Shown: in pieces, positions 1 through 12,485 of the stretch | How the letters are laid out: every line of letters begins with the position of its first letter | Position numbering within the stretch: position 1 is the stretch's first letter | NCBI GenBank assembly: GCA_001642005.1 | Contig: LWCA01000244.1 | Span: forward strand, 1-36,910 | DNA length: 36,910 nt | Source of the DNA: Intoshia linei | Taxonomy: Eukaryota; Animalia; Orthonectida | Direction: 5' to 3' | The notes under the pieces: model-generated | Told to the model about the DNA's origin: nothing | The model's database searches: none | What the model saw: only the letters and a program-made list of their open reading frames with translations | Program-made: the position numbers and the translations under genes

Positions 1-199
1 TTAACTTCATATTAATTTATATTTAAATATGCACGGGTCCCCGCCTGAGCAAATGTTAATATCATGGTCTATAAATTTTTATATACCATCCTTGAGGTAA
101 ATGGGAAACATTGGCGAGGTATACTTTTTATACAAAAAAAAGTTGGACAGCCTAGTACATAACAGTCAACCTAGTATGATATAAAATTTAAATATTTAC

Positions 200-1491
200 C
201 ACATTTCCCGAAATTTTGTGTCCCGGAAGGTATTTTACGTTTTCATGTTTAGTATTGATAATGTCAGTCAATTTTTCTCCTCCAATAATTTCTTCATAAA
301 CATACATTCGAACCTCGTCATCAAATATTTCATCATTCAAAACGTTTTTTCCAACAATTTTTGCTATTGCAGACCCCCTAGTATTTTCATTTTAAATAAT
401 AATTATTATAATAATGGTACGATAAACAGTAGTCAATACAATTAGCTAATGTTTGCACATGTAAAACTTATACTTAGTTTACATATATTATACGTATTTT
501 ATGTTTCTTTTGAAAGCATATTTTAAAGGTATACATTGTATACCTACGCATTGTATATTATACATTTTGAGTATAATTTTTTAATTTTTAAATAAATTTT
601 AAAACTAATGAAACAGCAAATATAATGTGCCCGTTTACGGCGGTACATTGTATGGTAGGGTCTAACATACATGTATATGGAAAAATTTTCACATTTTCTG
701 AATACTTAGCACGCAATGCCTTTCAGATTTACATGCAATACCATAATTAACAAAATCAATTACAACCACAATTACAACATCGATAATTATCAGAGACGAA
801 CTTAACGTATATGAGACTTCATCTCGGGGAACTTGACCTGAATATTTAAAAATGTATAAAAATTGGGCTTCGTTTTACCAAATTGAATAATTAAATTTTT
901 TATTATCATAACCAGGATCATGACCCTCTTGGGAGAGCTCAATAAAGTTTTTGTATAATGGGGTCACATTTTTCCAAATTGAGCATTAAAAAATTATATT
1001 GTTGAATATCGTAAATATTATGTGTGTTCATTTAAAAAATTTAAGCCAAGAGCCTTGGAGGTGTGTAGGAACTATGAAACTACGAATCATTTGCGGAAAT
1101 CTTTTTAGAGTTCTATTTTTCATTTTCGGTAGCATCGACAAACATTCGAAGATATATTCAAGTAGATTCGGTTCTGATCAGAACTGTTTTGTCTTATGTT
1201 TACACTGTCAAACCCACACCTGTTTTCCCGTTATAATTAGATAAAATCGATAAATAGGTAAGCTAAAGCAAAATAAGTAGGGCCAGTAAGTTTGGCATGG
1301 TAATACATCCTTTAGAGAAAATGGAGTCCAAAATGTATAGTTAACCTTGAAAAGGAAGTCAAATAAAATATTGTTTATTATACACGTTAAACAAACCCAA
1401 ATATATGTTGTATTTATTTATCAATATTTAAAAAGGAAATTTACCAATTTCCTGAACCAATTATAGATATTTTTGTTTTTTCTATAGCCAT
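200..1491 (-). CDS. GPD1: Cytosolic NAD-dependent glycerol-3-phosphate dehydrogenase, 5' part (exon 1 1491..1445, exon 2 377..200; gene continues past the left edge)
   Basis: Spliced translation [16 protein letters not shown]|[59 protein letters not shown] matches the animal GPD1/GPD1L N-terminus ([14 protein letters not shown]...[20 protein letters not shown]). A GT-AG intron (378..1444) splits the Trp codon TG|G, and a GT donor lies at 199-198. Not in the ORF track. Confidence 0.95.
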
Positions 1492-2574
1492 TGTTATATT
1501 CAGTTTTAAGTTAAGTTTAAAATAAATTAATACTAAATTCCATGTAAATATGTTTATTTTTATAATTTTGCGTTTATATTTACCTCAATGTTTATTTCAA
1601 ACTTGGTAGATTTCCTGGTAAGTTTTCGTGTTGATTTTTTTTAAATTATATTTCAATTCTATGGAATTTAAAGTATTTTCATGAACTTTAATGAGACAAT
1701 TAAGCTACATTTTTTATTATAATTCTGTACTAAAAATATACATTTAATTGGTACACTATAAAACTTTATAATATGAATTTTCACAAAACACTTCTTGCAC
1801 TAATTTGAAAAATGAAACGATGTTGTAAAATATGTGTTATTCGTAAATATATTTTGTAGTAAGGTCAATGTGATTACTTTGAAAATTTTAGCCACAATGT
1901 ACATGTATAAGCAAGTAAAATTTATAACAATGTTCATGATTTCACCCTTTTACTGTCTGTGTATTCTATACTATATACAGCAATTTCACTTCACACGTCT
2001 GTGTATTCTATGATATACACAGCATAATTTGAAAAACTTTAATTTTTTTATATTATATTATAATATAATTATTCATTATGTATTTTCACATATTTATATA
2101 ATCTTCGAATTTAATATCAATTTCACAAATATTTATTAATTTATTCAAATTATTTAGAAAGGGTTCGTTATTTTCTACATGAATCGATAGTGAAATATTA
2201 TTCAATTTAGAATAGAAGTTTTTTTAACACACTGATTCCATACATTTTTTAAAATGAAAAACATTTTAATATTACGTATTTTAATTTATGTACTTTTTTT
2301 ACATAGAAACATTATGAAGCAAAATTATTTTGTTTAAAACAAAGTGAATTTTAATATTATGTATTTTAAATTAAATAGAATCGACTGTATTTTTTAATAA
2401 ATTGGGCCCTCTTTTTAAGATATATATGTAAAGTACTTTTATTAATTTGGGGACATTTCTTAATGAGTTCCCTGGGCTACAGCCCATATTGCCCATGCCT
2501 TAGAACGGCTCTGTCCATGGTACACTTTTATTTTACTGAGAATCCAAACTTTAAGGTTGTCTTTAAGTTTGGTT

Positions 2575-2700
2575 CAAAAATTTCTAAAACTCAAAATTAA
2601 ACTAAAATTAATATATAAATGAAAATTTTATACATTCTACAACTTGCCCGTGGAATGTGTACATTTCACAGTTGCACATATTCTATGCAACATATATTGC
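2575..2700. repeat. Dispersed repeat; inverted copy at about 6255..6420
   Basis: aaaattaatatataaatgaaaattttatacatt...attctatgcaacatata is the near reverse complement of tatatgttgcatagaat...aatgtgtaaaattttcatttatatattaatttt. Boundaries are approximate. Confidence 0.75.
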
Positions 2701-4185
2701 AACATAACAACATAAGTATAACTATATATACAATACAAATACAAAATATATACAAAATAACTATATTTCAAGTTTTGTTAGAAAACTTTGCGTCTTATAC
2801 TCAACAATACATTCAAAATTAAAATCTGTGATTACTTTAGTTTAATTTTGTTTATTTTTAAGTAATATAAATAATTTTATACATTGTAATTAAAAATAAG
2901 GTTTATACACTAATATTTAATATAATTAAAAAGTTAATTGATTTTCTCAATTTTATCAATATATTTAATTTGTAGATTCTTAAAATTGTTAATTTCTTTT
3001 TAGTGATTATCAATTTAGTTTTAAAACTACATTTAGTAGTTAAATTATGGGACGAAAATTAAAATCAAATATCAGTGTTACCCTAAGATAGTACTATTTA
3101 CTAATTTTATTAGCGAACGATATTAATTTTAAACTTCAATAATTTGCCAAATTTTATAGTCGCAACATGTTCTCATCCTTGTTGCAATCTTATAAGAAGT
3201 AAACTTTTTAGAAATAGTCGTCAGTTGTGGAAAAATTTAAATTACCAAAATAATGATTATTTTGAGTATATTCATGGTTAACATTTTTGATAACTTCAGT
3301 TTCAGATTAAATGCAATTCTGTGGAAAATGTCCACCATTAACCTGTAGCTCATGTTTTAGTGATTCGTTGACCTTATTTTTCAATAATTTACTAACATTC
3401 TTATCAATCTCCCTAGTAAATGGGTCTTGTTGATTTATTAATTTCAATGGAGATGTGTCTTGATTTGGATTATCAATTGAATATTTTTTTGTAGTTTCTG
3501 CAGTCTTTAAGAATTTATTCATGAAGAATAAATATTGAATTTGTTGATAAAAATTGGCAAATCTATTTTATTAAATTAGAACAGTTTTTCTTAACCATTG
3601 TATAATTACATGTTTTATTTTAAACGATTCATTAGTTTAAATGATAATTTCGTTTTATACTAATTTATCTGAATCATGATACTAGTATCATAATTCAAAT
3701 ATTAAAAAAAAATCTAAGCTAAGTACCCACATTATTTTTTTAAACTTTAAAGTACAAAGTGTATAATATTAACAAATTTCTCAAGTTTATACAAACCGTC
3801 TAAAAACGCAAATTAGAAAATTTTAGACAAAATATACCCAATTTGTATTAGACATAAAAAATTGAGGACTGTGTTATGAAAAGAAAAAACTATGGGATTA
3901 AGTTAGTGATCGAAAAAATGGTCCGCATGTACCCTAGGTGGACACGATAGAATTTAAGTTTTTTCTTTGGAATCTTAATATAATGACAACAAAGATATAA
4001 AAATTCTACAAACCACACTACTATGGAATACTTTCTACAATGTAGAAACAGTGCTTGTAAAACTTTTTTGAGCATTCACCCCCAATAAAACAATTATTAT
4101 GACATGTCATAATTGTGTAAAAATACACAATTTAATAAAAAAAATACAGTCATTGTAATTGCCATAATTTATTTATTGATTAGAA

Positions 4186-5245
4186 CAGTGTTTCTCAACC
4201 TTTTTTACTACGCAGAACCCTTATGAAATTTCAAAAAATCGCGGAAGCTAATAGCATGATCAAAAATTTTTTTTCGCTTGTCGCATATATAAAACAATTT
4301 GATTTTAATTAAAAAATTACGCTTTTAATATTGAAAACATAAATTTTTTAATAAAGAAATTTATTTTTCTTTCTCAATGAAAAATTTGGGCCTGATATTT
4401 TTTATAGAAGTTTTTAATTCTTGGACGTGTTTTTGAAAGACATACACAAAGTTCCTCTTTTACCGAGAGCAGCTTTGCCCGTTTCTTATGCTTAATTGCT
4501 GTCAATGCAGAAAATGCCAATTCACAAAAGTAGAATGTTGAAAATTGCATTAGAATTTTTAAGGCCTTTACTGCAATTATGGGAAATTCCTTTTTAACTA
4601 ATAACCAAAATTCATCAAGATTTAAGTTACCATGTTTCAATTTTAAAGTTCTGTCACTTGAAATACTAAAAAGATCTCATTTCAATTTTCTTACAACTTT
4701 CTAATTAAAAAAAATCTATTTTATTTATACTTGGAAAGCTTCTTCACCACCAAAATTTAAATACTCACAATTTCCCAGGAATTTGCCAAAATTCCCATTT
4801 CCCGACAAGGAGTAAGGAACACACGGAATTTAGCCGGTAAAACCAGTTGCCTCCCTCACTACGAAGAAGCATCCAGGCCCGTGAGAGATAAATTTTTAGT
4901 TAAATATCATTATAAAGAGGTAAAGTAACTTATTTAAATTATTTCAAGAGAGTTGGGTCAGTAAAAACCCACTTTATTTACAATATTTCTTATAAAGATA
5001 ATTTGAATTATTATTACTTTTTAACATTATTTTTTAGGTTCGCATACTCACAACGTATAATAATTTTATTAAAACTTATTTGATTTAAATTTGAGAAATG
5101 ATGTTGTTTCATTGCATACAACAGTAATTTAGAAAACTTTAAATTGAAAAATATCGCATTTATATTTCACGGAACCCCCATTAAATTTTTAAAAATTTTT
5201 GCATTAAACCCTTGGGTTCTGCGGAACATAGGTTGAGAACCACTA
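4186..5245 (-). mobile_element. Internally deleted hAT (Buster/Charlie group) DNA transposon
   Basis: TIRs cagtgtttctcaacc (4186) and ggttgagaaccacta (5231..5245). Subterminal cgcagaaccc and gggttctgcg are inverted. Flanking 8-mers gattagaa and gattggaa match 7/8 (TSD). Contains a transposase C-terminal fragment. Confidence 0.9.
4374..4640 (-). pseudogene. hAT transposase C-terminal dimerisation-domain remnant (ZBED5/ZBED8/Buster-like)
   Basis: FWLLVKKEFP...FSTFYFCELAFS...IKHKKRAKL...LSKTRPRI...QAQIFH follows the Buster C-terminal pattern (FW...EYP...STYLCExxFS...QxQxSH). No catalytic region is visible upstream. Confidence 0.9.
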
Positions 5246-5349
5246 GATTGGAATATCAATTAGATAAGCAAATTTAAAAAAAATTTGATTTTGACATTTG
5301 GTTAAACTGAATGTATGAAAGGGTTAAGTCAATTTTATACACGAAACAT

Positions 5350-5570
5350 CTAAAATTTGGTTTTTTTTTTTGGAATCAGATAGAGAGATTTCCAATATAA
5401 AATTTTGATAAAATTGGATTTTTCAAAAAAATATTGGTAAAATGGGATTATTTCCTCAAAGGTTGGTAAAATTGGGTTTTTTCTTTTGGGATCTGATAGA
5501 GGGTTTTTTATCTAAAAGTTTGGTAAAAAATGATTTTTTCCTTAAGGGTTAGTAAAATTTTAATTTTTTC
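5350..5570 (+). repeat. Degenerate ~29-bp minisatellite (ggttggtaaaa-core family)
   Basis: Recurrent ttggtaaaattgggtttttt units; same family as the array at 6785..7100. Confidence 0.75.
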
Positions 5571-6784
5571 ACATATTTGACTAAATTGAATAAAATATGT
5601 TAAAAATTTATCATTCACCCCCTATTTACTTTTAAACATCTAAAATTTTAGTATTCACCCCCTCATAAAAATATTCATCTCATGGGGGTGACTGGTTACC
5701 CCTATGAGAAGCACTGTTCTACATGGAATATAAATAGTATAATTAAAACACTAAATGTTCATTTTTGAAATTTATGTTTTCACTGTCAAAAAAAATATCC
5801 AATAGATATTATCCAGTACATTACCATTTTAAAATTGACTTATATTTTTCGAAATGATGTATTCTAAATAAAAATAAATACAGTAAACAATTTTACGGGA
5901 ATACCAAAAACATTCGTTTCAATTTAGATTAAATCAAATTTTAATTTGCAAAGTGAAACAAATGTTGATGTAATATAAATCTTAAATGTAAATAAAATTT
6001 TAAATGGCTATAGAATATACTAATTTGTTCTAATTTTAAATTTTTTTGACATCTAATGGAAAAATTCAATTTTACAAACCATTTAGTAAAAAATTCAGTT
6101 AAATCAAACCTTTACATTTTAAATATAAATAAATAGTAAATACACAATTATGATTATGAGGAATTTATAAATTTATGAATTCATTATAGCAAAATATATA
6201 TTTATAGTAAATATGAAACGTTTTTATATATTCGCAAACATACTACGACATATACGTGTGTATATGTTGCATAGAATGTGTAAAACTCTGAAATGTATAC
6301 ATTCATACGTCATTCATTGATTTGTATATTTCATGGACATTCTATGAGTTAGTGTAAAATGTGTAAAATTTTCATTTATATATTAATTTTGAATTTTAGA
6401 TTTTTTTAACAAAACTTTAAAAGGCTTTTTTTAGACATTTTTATGAACAAAATTTTAAAAGGAGTTTTTAGGTAATTTTTTTTGAACCATAAAACATAAC
6501 CACATGAAATTTTTATGAATAACATTTTTAAAAATTATTTATCATCAAATTTTATACTAGAGTCTTTAGTTTAGAGCAGTGTTTCCCAAACTTTTTTACA
6601 TATGGTATCTATTTATTTGGTTTAGTCATTAGTTAAATGAAAAAATTAACAAGAAAGTAAGGCTTGATAAGCATACCGACTAAAATTTTGTAAACTATAT
6701 GGAATTTCATGGTTGCATAAAGCAATCTAATTCAATACACAAAATAAAAAGAAAGCGTGTTTTAAAATCGAATGTCATATTTAA

Positions 6785-7100
6785 TAAAATGGATTTTTCT
6801 TTTTAAGATTGGTAAAACTAGATTTTTCACTAAATGGTTTGTAAAATTTGATTTTTCTTTTAGGGTTGGTAAATCTAGGTTTTTCTTTAGAGGATGGGTA
6901 AAACTAGATTTTTCCTTTTAAGGTTGGTAAAACGGGATTTTTTCGTAAAGGGTTGGTAAAACTGGAGTTTTTTTTTAGAGTTGTTAAAACTAGATTTTTT
7001 CATAAAGGTTGAATAAAACTGTATATTTCCTTTTAGAGTTTGTAAAACACGATTTTTTTTCAAAGGTTGGGTAAAACTGGATATTTGTTTTAGAGTTGGT
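6785..7100 (+). repeat. ~29-bp tandem minisatellite, about 11 units
   Basis: Approximate consensus ggttggtaaaactrgatttttyyttttar, repeated head-to-tail with no unique spacers. Confidence 0.9.
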
Positions 7101-7157
7101 TCATTTGAAAATATTCACCATGCAGTCATAAAAAATTCTTGAGAATTCTTGAAAAAT

Positions 7158-7370
7158 TTATTTTCTCACTTTTTTCTGAGAGAAATCAAATATGATATTA
7201 TCAAAACTGATATCATTCTCAATTGACATTAAGGAGAGCGCATTCAAACGAGGTTGAGCTAAGCAATTTCGAAGTTCATTCTTAATTATTTTTAGTTTAG
7301 AAAAAGTTCTTTCACCTTTGCAATTTGCAACCATATAACAATATTAGGAAATAGTGATTCCAATTTATCA
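7158..7370 (-). pseudogene. hAT transposase C-terminal dimerisation-domain remnant (ZMYM1-like)
   Basis: Manual translation of 7334..7158: MVANCKGERTFSKLKIIKNELRNCLAQPRLNALSLMSIENDISFDNIIFDFSQKKVRK*. It has the ERxFSKLKxIKNxLR...RLNALxLxSIE motif and is preceded out of frame by DKLESLFPNI. At 58 aa it is absent from the ORF track. Confidence 0.9.
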
Positions 7371-8737
7371 CTTTTTATAAATTTATACATATCAAAAATG
7401 TTATTGCTTGTTTTTTCTTAATCAAACTAATGTTTAAGTTGTTGACATTCTGTTTCTTAAGATATAAATGGGAAGTATTTTTTAATAAATTGTGGCCTTT
7501 TTTAACGATATAACTGTAAATTATAAGCCTATGTAATTTTTTCTAAAAATGGGACGTTTGCACAATGTTTAATCGATTGTTTATTGTCTAAAAATTAAAA
7601 ATAACGGTTGATACTTGGTCATAATAATAATAGATCTCTCGTGACTGTATTCCGAACATGTGCCTCCTAGCCCTCTCTCCACAAAGTTGGTCGGAGAATA
7701 TTATTCTAAAATACGAAAAACAATTAGTTCCCCGTAATGTCGCTATAAAAATTAACACAGCTAAATACTATATAAATTATCATTAGTTAAACATTGTAAC
7801 ATTGAGAAACATGTCTCATATACCCAATTGTAGGTAGCGATATAATTCATATTTTTTGACGTTTTTCATTTAAATGTAAGTTTTTGAATATAAAACATAA
7901 GCAAATAAATATACATACTAAAATATAATTATAATGAATTAGCGGTAAACCTTGTAAAAAACATTTACCAACACTTTAAAATTATTTGATACATCAAACA
8001 AAACCTAATTAATTATTTATATATATCATGTAGTAAATACACTAAATTAAAAACATAATTATATAATTATTTAATTAATATTGTTGTAAAATTTAAAAAA
8101 TCTATATATTTTAATAATATTATATATAAATATATAAATAAATTGTATTTGATTAATAAAAGACTTAAAATTCAACAATGGTCTAGTTATAATATACTCT
8201 GATATAAATTTCTAAATATAGTACTGATCATTATCTTTTAGGTGCTATATTTTTAGTACTAGTAAATTTAAAAAAAAATGTAAATAAAACGAGAATCATT
8301 TTATTTATATTACTTGTGTCTAAAATTAATTATTTCGATAATTTTTAAACAGGAATTTGTAAATTAAAATTAAAAGAAATGTGCAATAATAATAAATAAA
8401 TGGTTTTCTTTAATTCCATATGATACCCTTCAAAAGAAATTAAAAATAAAATTTATTTTAACCTGATATTGTGTATTTTAAAATATTGACACATTTTCTA
8501 CATTGTTTATTTTAACCAAATTAATATTTATATTAATTTAACGTTTTGTGCAGTTTGATAGTATCAAAATTTCAATAATTGCAAAGTTAATAATTTAAAA
8601 ATATAAAATTTTATCATATTTAAAATATTTAAATATCAACAATTTGATTCAATTGAAACTAAACAAACCACATATCAAAAAAGCAAAAAAACAGTAACTA
8701 ATTAAATTTTACCCGTTTCAATATACCTTTAGATAAA

Positions 8738-9496
8738 ATGGAACAATACAGTCACTTAATCAACAAATTAAATTTAATGGACTTGGTGGAACCTTTATGG
8801 AGGCGCAATTTTAAACTTTGCAGTAAATATCTTAAATATTTCAATTTCAATTCATACCACTACAATCACTATATATTTAATAAAATGCAATTGTACTTGA
8901 AGGAAAATTACAAAAATGATTGTGGAAAACTCGACAATATCACTTTGAGTAATTATAAAAATGTGTTAAAATGGTTCAATTACCTTAAAAATTCAAATGT
9001 CGTTAATATGAATAAAATTAATAATATCAATAATATCAATGATGCCATCGAAAATGATACTCAAATTGTAAATGTTAAAAAAAATGATCTTGATTTACCG
9101 CGTAATTTTCAATTCAACTCTAATTGTAATTGTAAATGTATTCAAAAGTACAATCCAAAATACGATACCGAATTTAATTTAAATTACAATCAAGAATACA
9201 ATTTAAACTCTCAAACTTTGTTTCAAAATAACATGTTTAACAAATTCAATCGTTTACCAAATAAACATGATCCCATGCTCATGGAAAACCATATTTATGG
9301 TTTTCCAGATACAATGAAACATTTTGTTAAAAATAAGTATTCTAAAAGACAATTGTGTATTTTGAATAAGTGGATTAAATTTAATGCAAATAATCCTTAT
9401 GCCTCCAAATCTGATATCAGACTTCTCGTTTTAAAAACTGGACTCACTTATAAACAAATACGAAAATGGTTATCCAATAAACGCATGAGAAAATGA
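8738..9496 (+). CDS. Divergent TALE-class homeobox protein, single exon, 252 aa, homeodomain at the extreme C-terminus (9317..9493)
   Basis: YSKRQLCILNKWIKFNANNPYASKSDIRLLVLKTGLTYKQIRKWLSNKRMRK has L16, W19, a three-residue insertion before P24-Y25, L40, Q44, W48, N51 and R53. Long uninterrupted ORF in AT-rich DNA; AATAAA at 9512. Confidence 0.9.
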   Translation: MEQYSHLINKLNLMDLVEPLWRRNFKLCSKYLKYFNFNSYHYNHYIFNKMQLYLKENYKNDCGKLDNITLSNYKNVLKWFNYLKNSNVVNMNKINNINNINDAIENDTQIVNVKKNDLDLPRNFQFNSNCNCKCIQKYNPKYDTEFNLNYNQEYNLNSQTLFQNNMFNKFNRLPNKHDPMLMENHIYGFPDTMKHFVKNKYSKRQLCILNKWIKFNANNPYASKSDIRLLVLKTGLTYKQIRKWLSNKRMRK

Positions 9497-9759
9497 ATTA
9501 GTTGAATTTATAATAAATTTTTGTTTGTTTAAATTTTTAATTCCAAATCTTTAAATTCAAATTGCAACTTACTTTATAGTTTGTTTGTAAATTAATGATA
9601 AGTTATTAAGTTTTGGTATGCACAAATTCCTAAGCATGTATGCTTTATGTCCGTTGCTTTCGATTTTATTCAGCTTGTTACATGTTATATAAATTCTTTT
9701 TATTTTATTGACTTTAGATTGGAGCATTAATTAATTCAGTCATTATGTATATTTTATTA

Positions 9760-10735
9760 TCCTTACTTATATAACATGCTACGCGATTTTTGTTTGTGTG
9801 TGTCTGTGTGTGTTACACTTTATTAAAATAACTACCAGACTTAGAATTTTATAAAGTCCACATTTCCAATACAGTTTTTTCCGGTACTGTTCGCAAAATA
9901 AATTTCAATCTCCCAAACTCACAACTTAGGGGTCAAAAACCCCAATTCTCCTTTTTTTTTAAAATCATAAACATTATCATAAATCTAAAATTTAAAAAAA
10001 TTTATCATCAGGGCTAAAACCACAAATTACCCTTCTTTTTTTAATGAAAACAGCCCTAAAATATAAAAAAATTCCTGTTAACACTCACAAAAAATTTCAA
10101 TCTCAATAAGTTACGCCTTTACGATTAAAAAAGCATTTTAGTATTCATATATTTTTTTCCAAAATATTTTATTAAAACAAAAAATGTAAAATAATTAACG
10201 GTCCGAAAATTAAAAAAAAAAATTATTCTGATAGAGCTTATTCCAGTTGATATAAATACAAAAGTTCAACCCGAGAAATCTACGCATTACCGATGAAAAA
10301 TAATTTTTGATGTATTATCAACCAATATTTTTGAAATATTTCGATTAACAAATTAATTAATTTTTTGTAAAATAAAAATTTAAAATGTAAATACTGATCC
10401 TACAATATCAAAAAAAATGTGCAGTGAACGTCTACACATTTCCAATAAAGAAATATGGGTGAAAATCTATATAATTCATTCCTTCGCAATTTTTAAATAT
10501 CAAATTCTCATTTTCAAAACATTTTAACTAAAATTTAAATAGAAACTACAACAACGAAACTAAAAGTCATATAACTTTGTTAATATCATTTTTATATTTA
10601 TTACAATCCTTTGCAATATTGGTAAAATTTGACTAAAATATGTTCGTGATTCGGTGTTAAAAGTGAAGATTCGGTTAATTATTGATACATAATTGGTATT
10701 TTTAAGTATTAATTAAATTGGTACTGAATATATAT
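9760..10735 (+). mobile_element. Non-autonomous Helitron-like element, 5' and middle part
   Basis: Begins A|TC (tccttacttatataacatgctacgcg) followed by a (tg)n/tctg microsatellite. It is colinear over ~1 kb with the reverse complement of 19045..20131. Other family members carry the hairpin+CTAG|T 3' end. Confidence 0.8.
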
Positions 10736-11340
10736 CATCACATTTCTCCCATAGATTCATTCCCACCTGATTGAGAATCACTGATTTATATAGTTTACAT
10801 CATTTTGATAGGAAATAATATTCTTGCGTATTGTAACTTTCATGTACTAAATTTTAAATACAAAGTTTTTAGATTTGGAGATGTGGCTAGGGGTGAAATG
10901 ATCACTGTGCATAGTTTCCGCAAAATTTATTTTGAGACCTATTTTTCATTTCGGTTGATCTCAAACTTGACATTTTCGGCATTTATTTGATTTGTTTTGA
11001 AAAATAGTTGGGCAATAGTAGAAAATTAGAATAACGCTTCAGTGGAGACTCCACTGTATCTTGCACATTCTACAATGTATCGTTTTACCAGGTTGTAAGT
11101 TATGAGTATGAGTTTATTTCATTGTTTATTTGGAATAAATTAAAAGTTGGTTGTTTGAGCAATGATTTTCAGCAGAATGCGATAGAATGAATACTGAAAT
11201 ATACGCAATTAAAAATAGATGTATGAATTTTAAAAAAGTTAATGGGTAACTTTTCCATCAATTTTTTCAATTTGGAAAAACACATTTTAACCCTTTACTT
11301 TAACAACTTACTTGTAAATTTAATTACCAAACCTTTAGGT

Positions 11341-11762
11341 CAGCGTTTCCTAAATACTGGGTTAGCATGAGTACCCTATCAAAAATTTTTAAAAAATTTG
11401 ACATCTATACATTTCTCAATCGATCGTTCATTATATAAAAATTAAAAATAACCGTTGGAAATCGCATAAAACATTTTATTATACGATAATTTTGGTATCC
11501 TTAAGAAATTTTCCAACATGACCTATTAATAAATTCATAAATTAGGCCCCTCATAATTGTAGTTCCGGTCGTATGACCCCTTTCCCTCTCCACGGCCCTT
11601 ACAAGTACTAATCCGTCAGATATTTCTATTATCTTTCAATAGTCAATTTAGTACGTTTTATATGAATTTTTTTTAATTTTGGCTAGTAATTTCGATAATT
11701 TGGTTCGCTATAAATTTTATAATTTATTACCGGTCCGCCGTAAAAAAAGTATGGGAACCCTA
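11341..11762. mobile_element. Degenerate hAT/Charlie-type MITE
   Basis: Left end cagcgtttcctaaa; right end taccggtccgccgtaaaaaaagtatgggaacccta resembles Charlie-type termini. No clean TSD. Confidence 0.5.
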
Positions 11763-12179
11763 GTTTTAAGTGATTAATTTACCTCCATTACTAGTGCTAA
11801 ATCAGGTTAGCGGTTTCTGTTAACGTTCGCAGGTCAAGTTTAAGAAGGTCCGATATTTGCGTATATATTAATAATATCTTTACTACTAATTAGCAATTTT
11901 TATTTTTTTGTGTATATAAACGATGACAATAAAACTAGTAATTAAATTTTATCCACATCATTTAAAATTTAACGTAAATTTTGACCTTTTTTTAAATAAA
12001 TTAAAAATATTTAGTGTTGTACCACAAGCAATAATTTAATTAAAGCACATATTGTGTTTATGTACATTATACACTGTACAGATTATACTTTATCTACAGA
12101 TTAAAAAAATTGCCAATTGTAGTTGGGAATGTACGGTGTCAAAAATCAGATTCAACTAAAATTAACTCATTGATTGAAA

Positions 12180-12485
12180 ATTTCACTTTTACCAACCCTT
12201 AAGTTAAAAAATCAGTTTTACACACTCTTTAAGGAGAATTCTACTTTTACCTACAATTAAGGGAAATATCCATTTTTACCAACCCTTAAGGGATTAATCC
12301 ACTTTTACAAACCCTAAAACGAAAAATTTGATTTACCAACCTTAAAAGGTTAAAACCTTAACTGAATTTATCTTTTTAAAGTTTGTAAAACTGGAATTTT
12401 TCCGTATGGGATTACAGTATTAAGGTTAGGTAAAAGTGGATATTTCCTTTTAGGTAAAACTGATTTTTTCATTTTAGGGTTTTAT
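12180..12485. repeat. Foldback arrangement of the 29-bp minisatellite (two oppositely oriented arrays)
   Basis: About 6 units of ttttaccaacccttaag... (minus orientation, ~12187..12350) are followed by about 3-4 plus-orientation units (...ggtaaaagtggatatttcctttt, ~12375..12485). Confidence 0.75.

Noticed and set aside
218-445. 75-aa plus-strand ORF
   Set aside because: Antisense shadow of GPD1 exon 2.
999-1244. ORF in GPD1 intron 1 with faint similarity to 10870..10960
   Set aside because: Only short matches and no recognisable protein in any frame. It may be old repeat debris but cannot be supported.
5315-5327. piggyBac-like end (gaaagggttaa; ttaaccc also near 11287 and 21206)
   Set aside because: No matching partner terminus or transposase could be paired with confidence.
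6785-7100. Regular ~29-bp repeats resembling a CRISPR array
   Set aside because: The units are contiguous and degenerate with no unique spacers, there are no cas genes, and the context is eukaryotic. It is a minisatellite.
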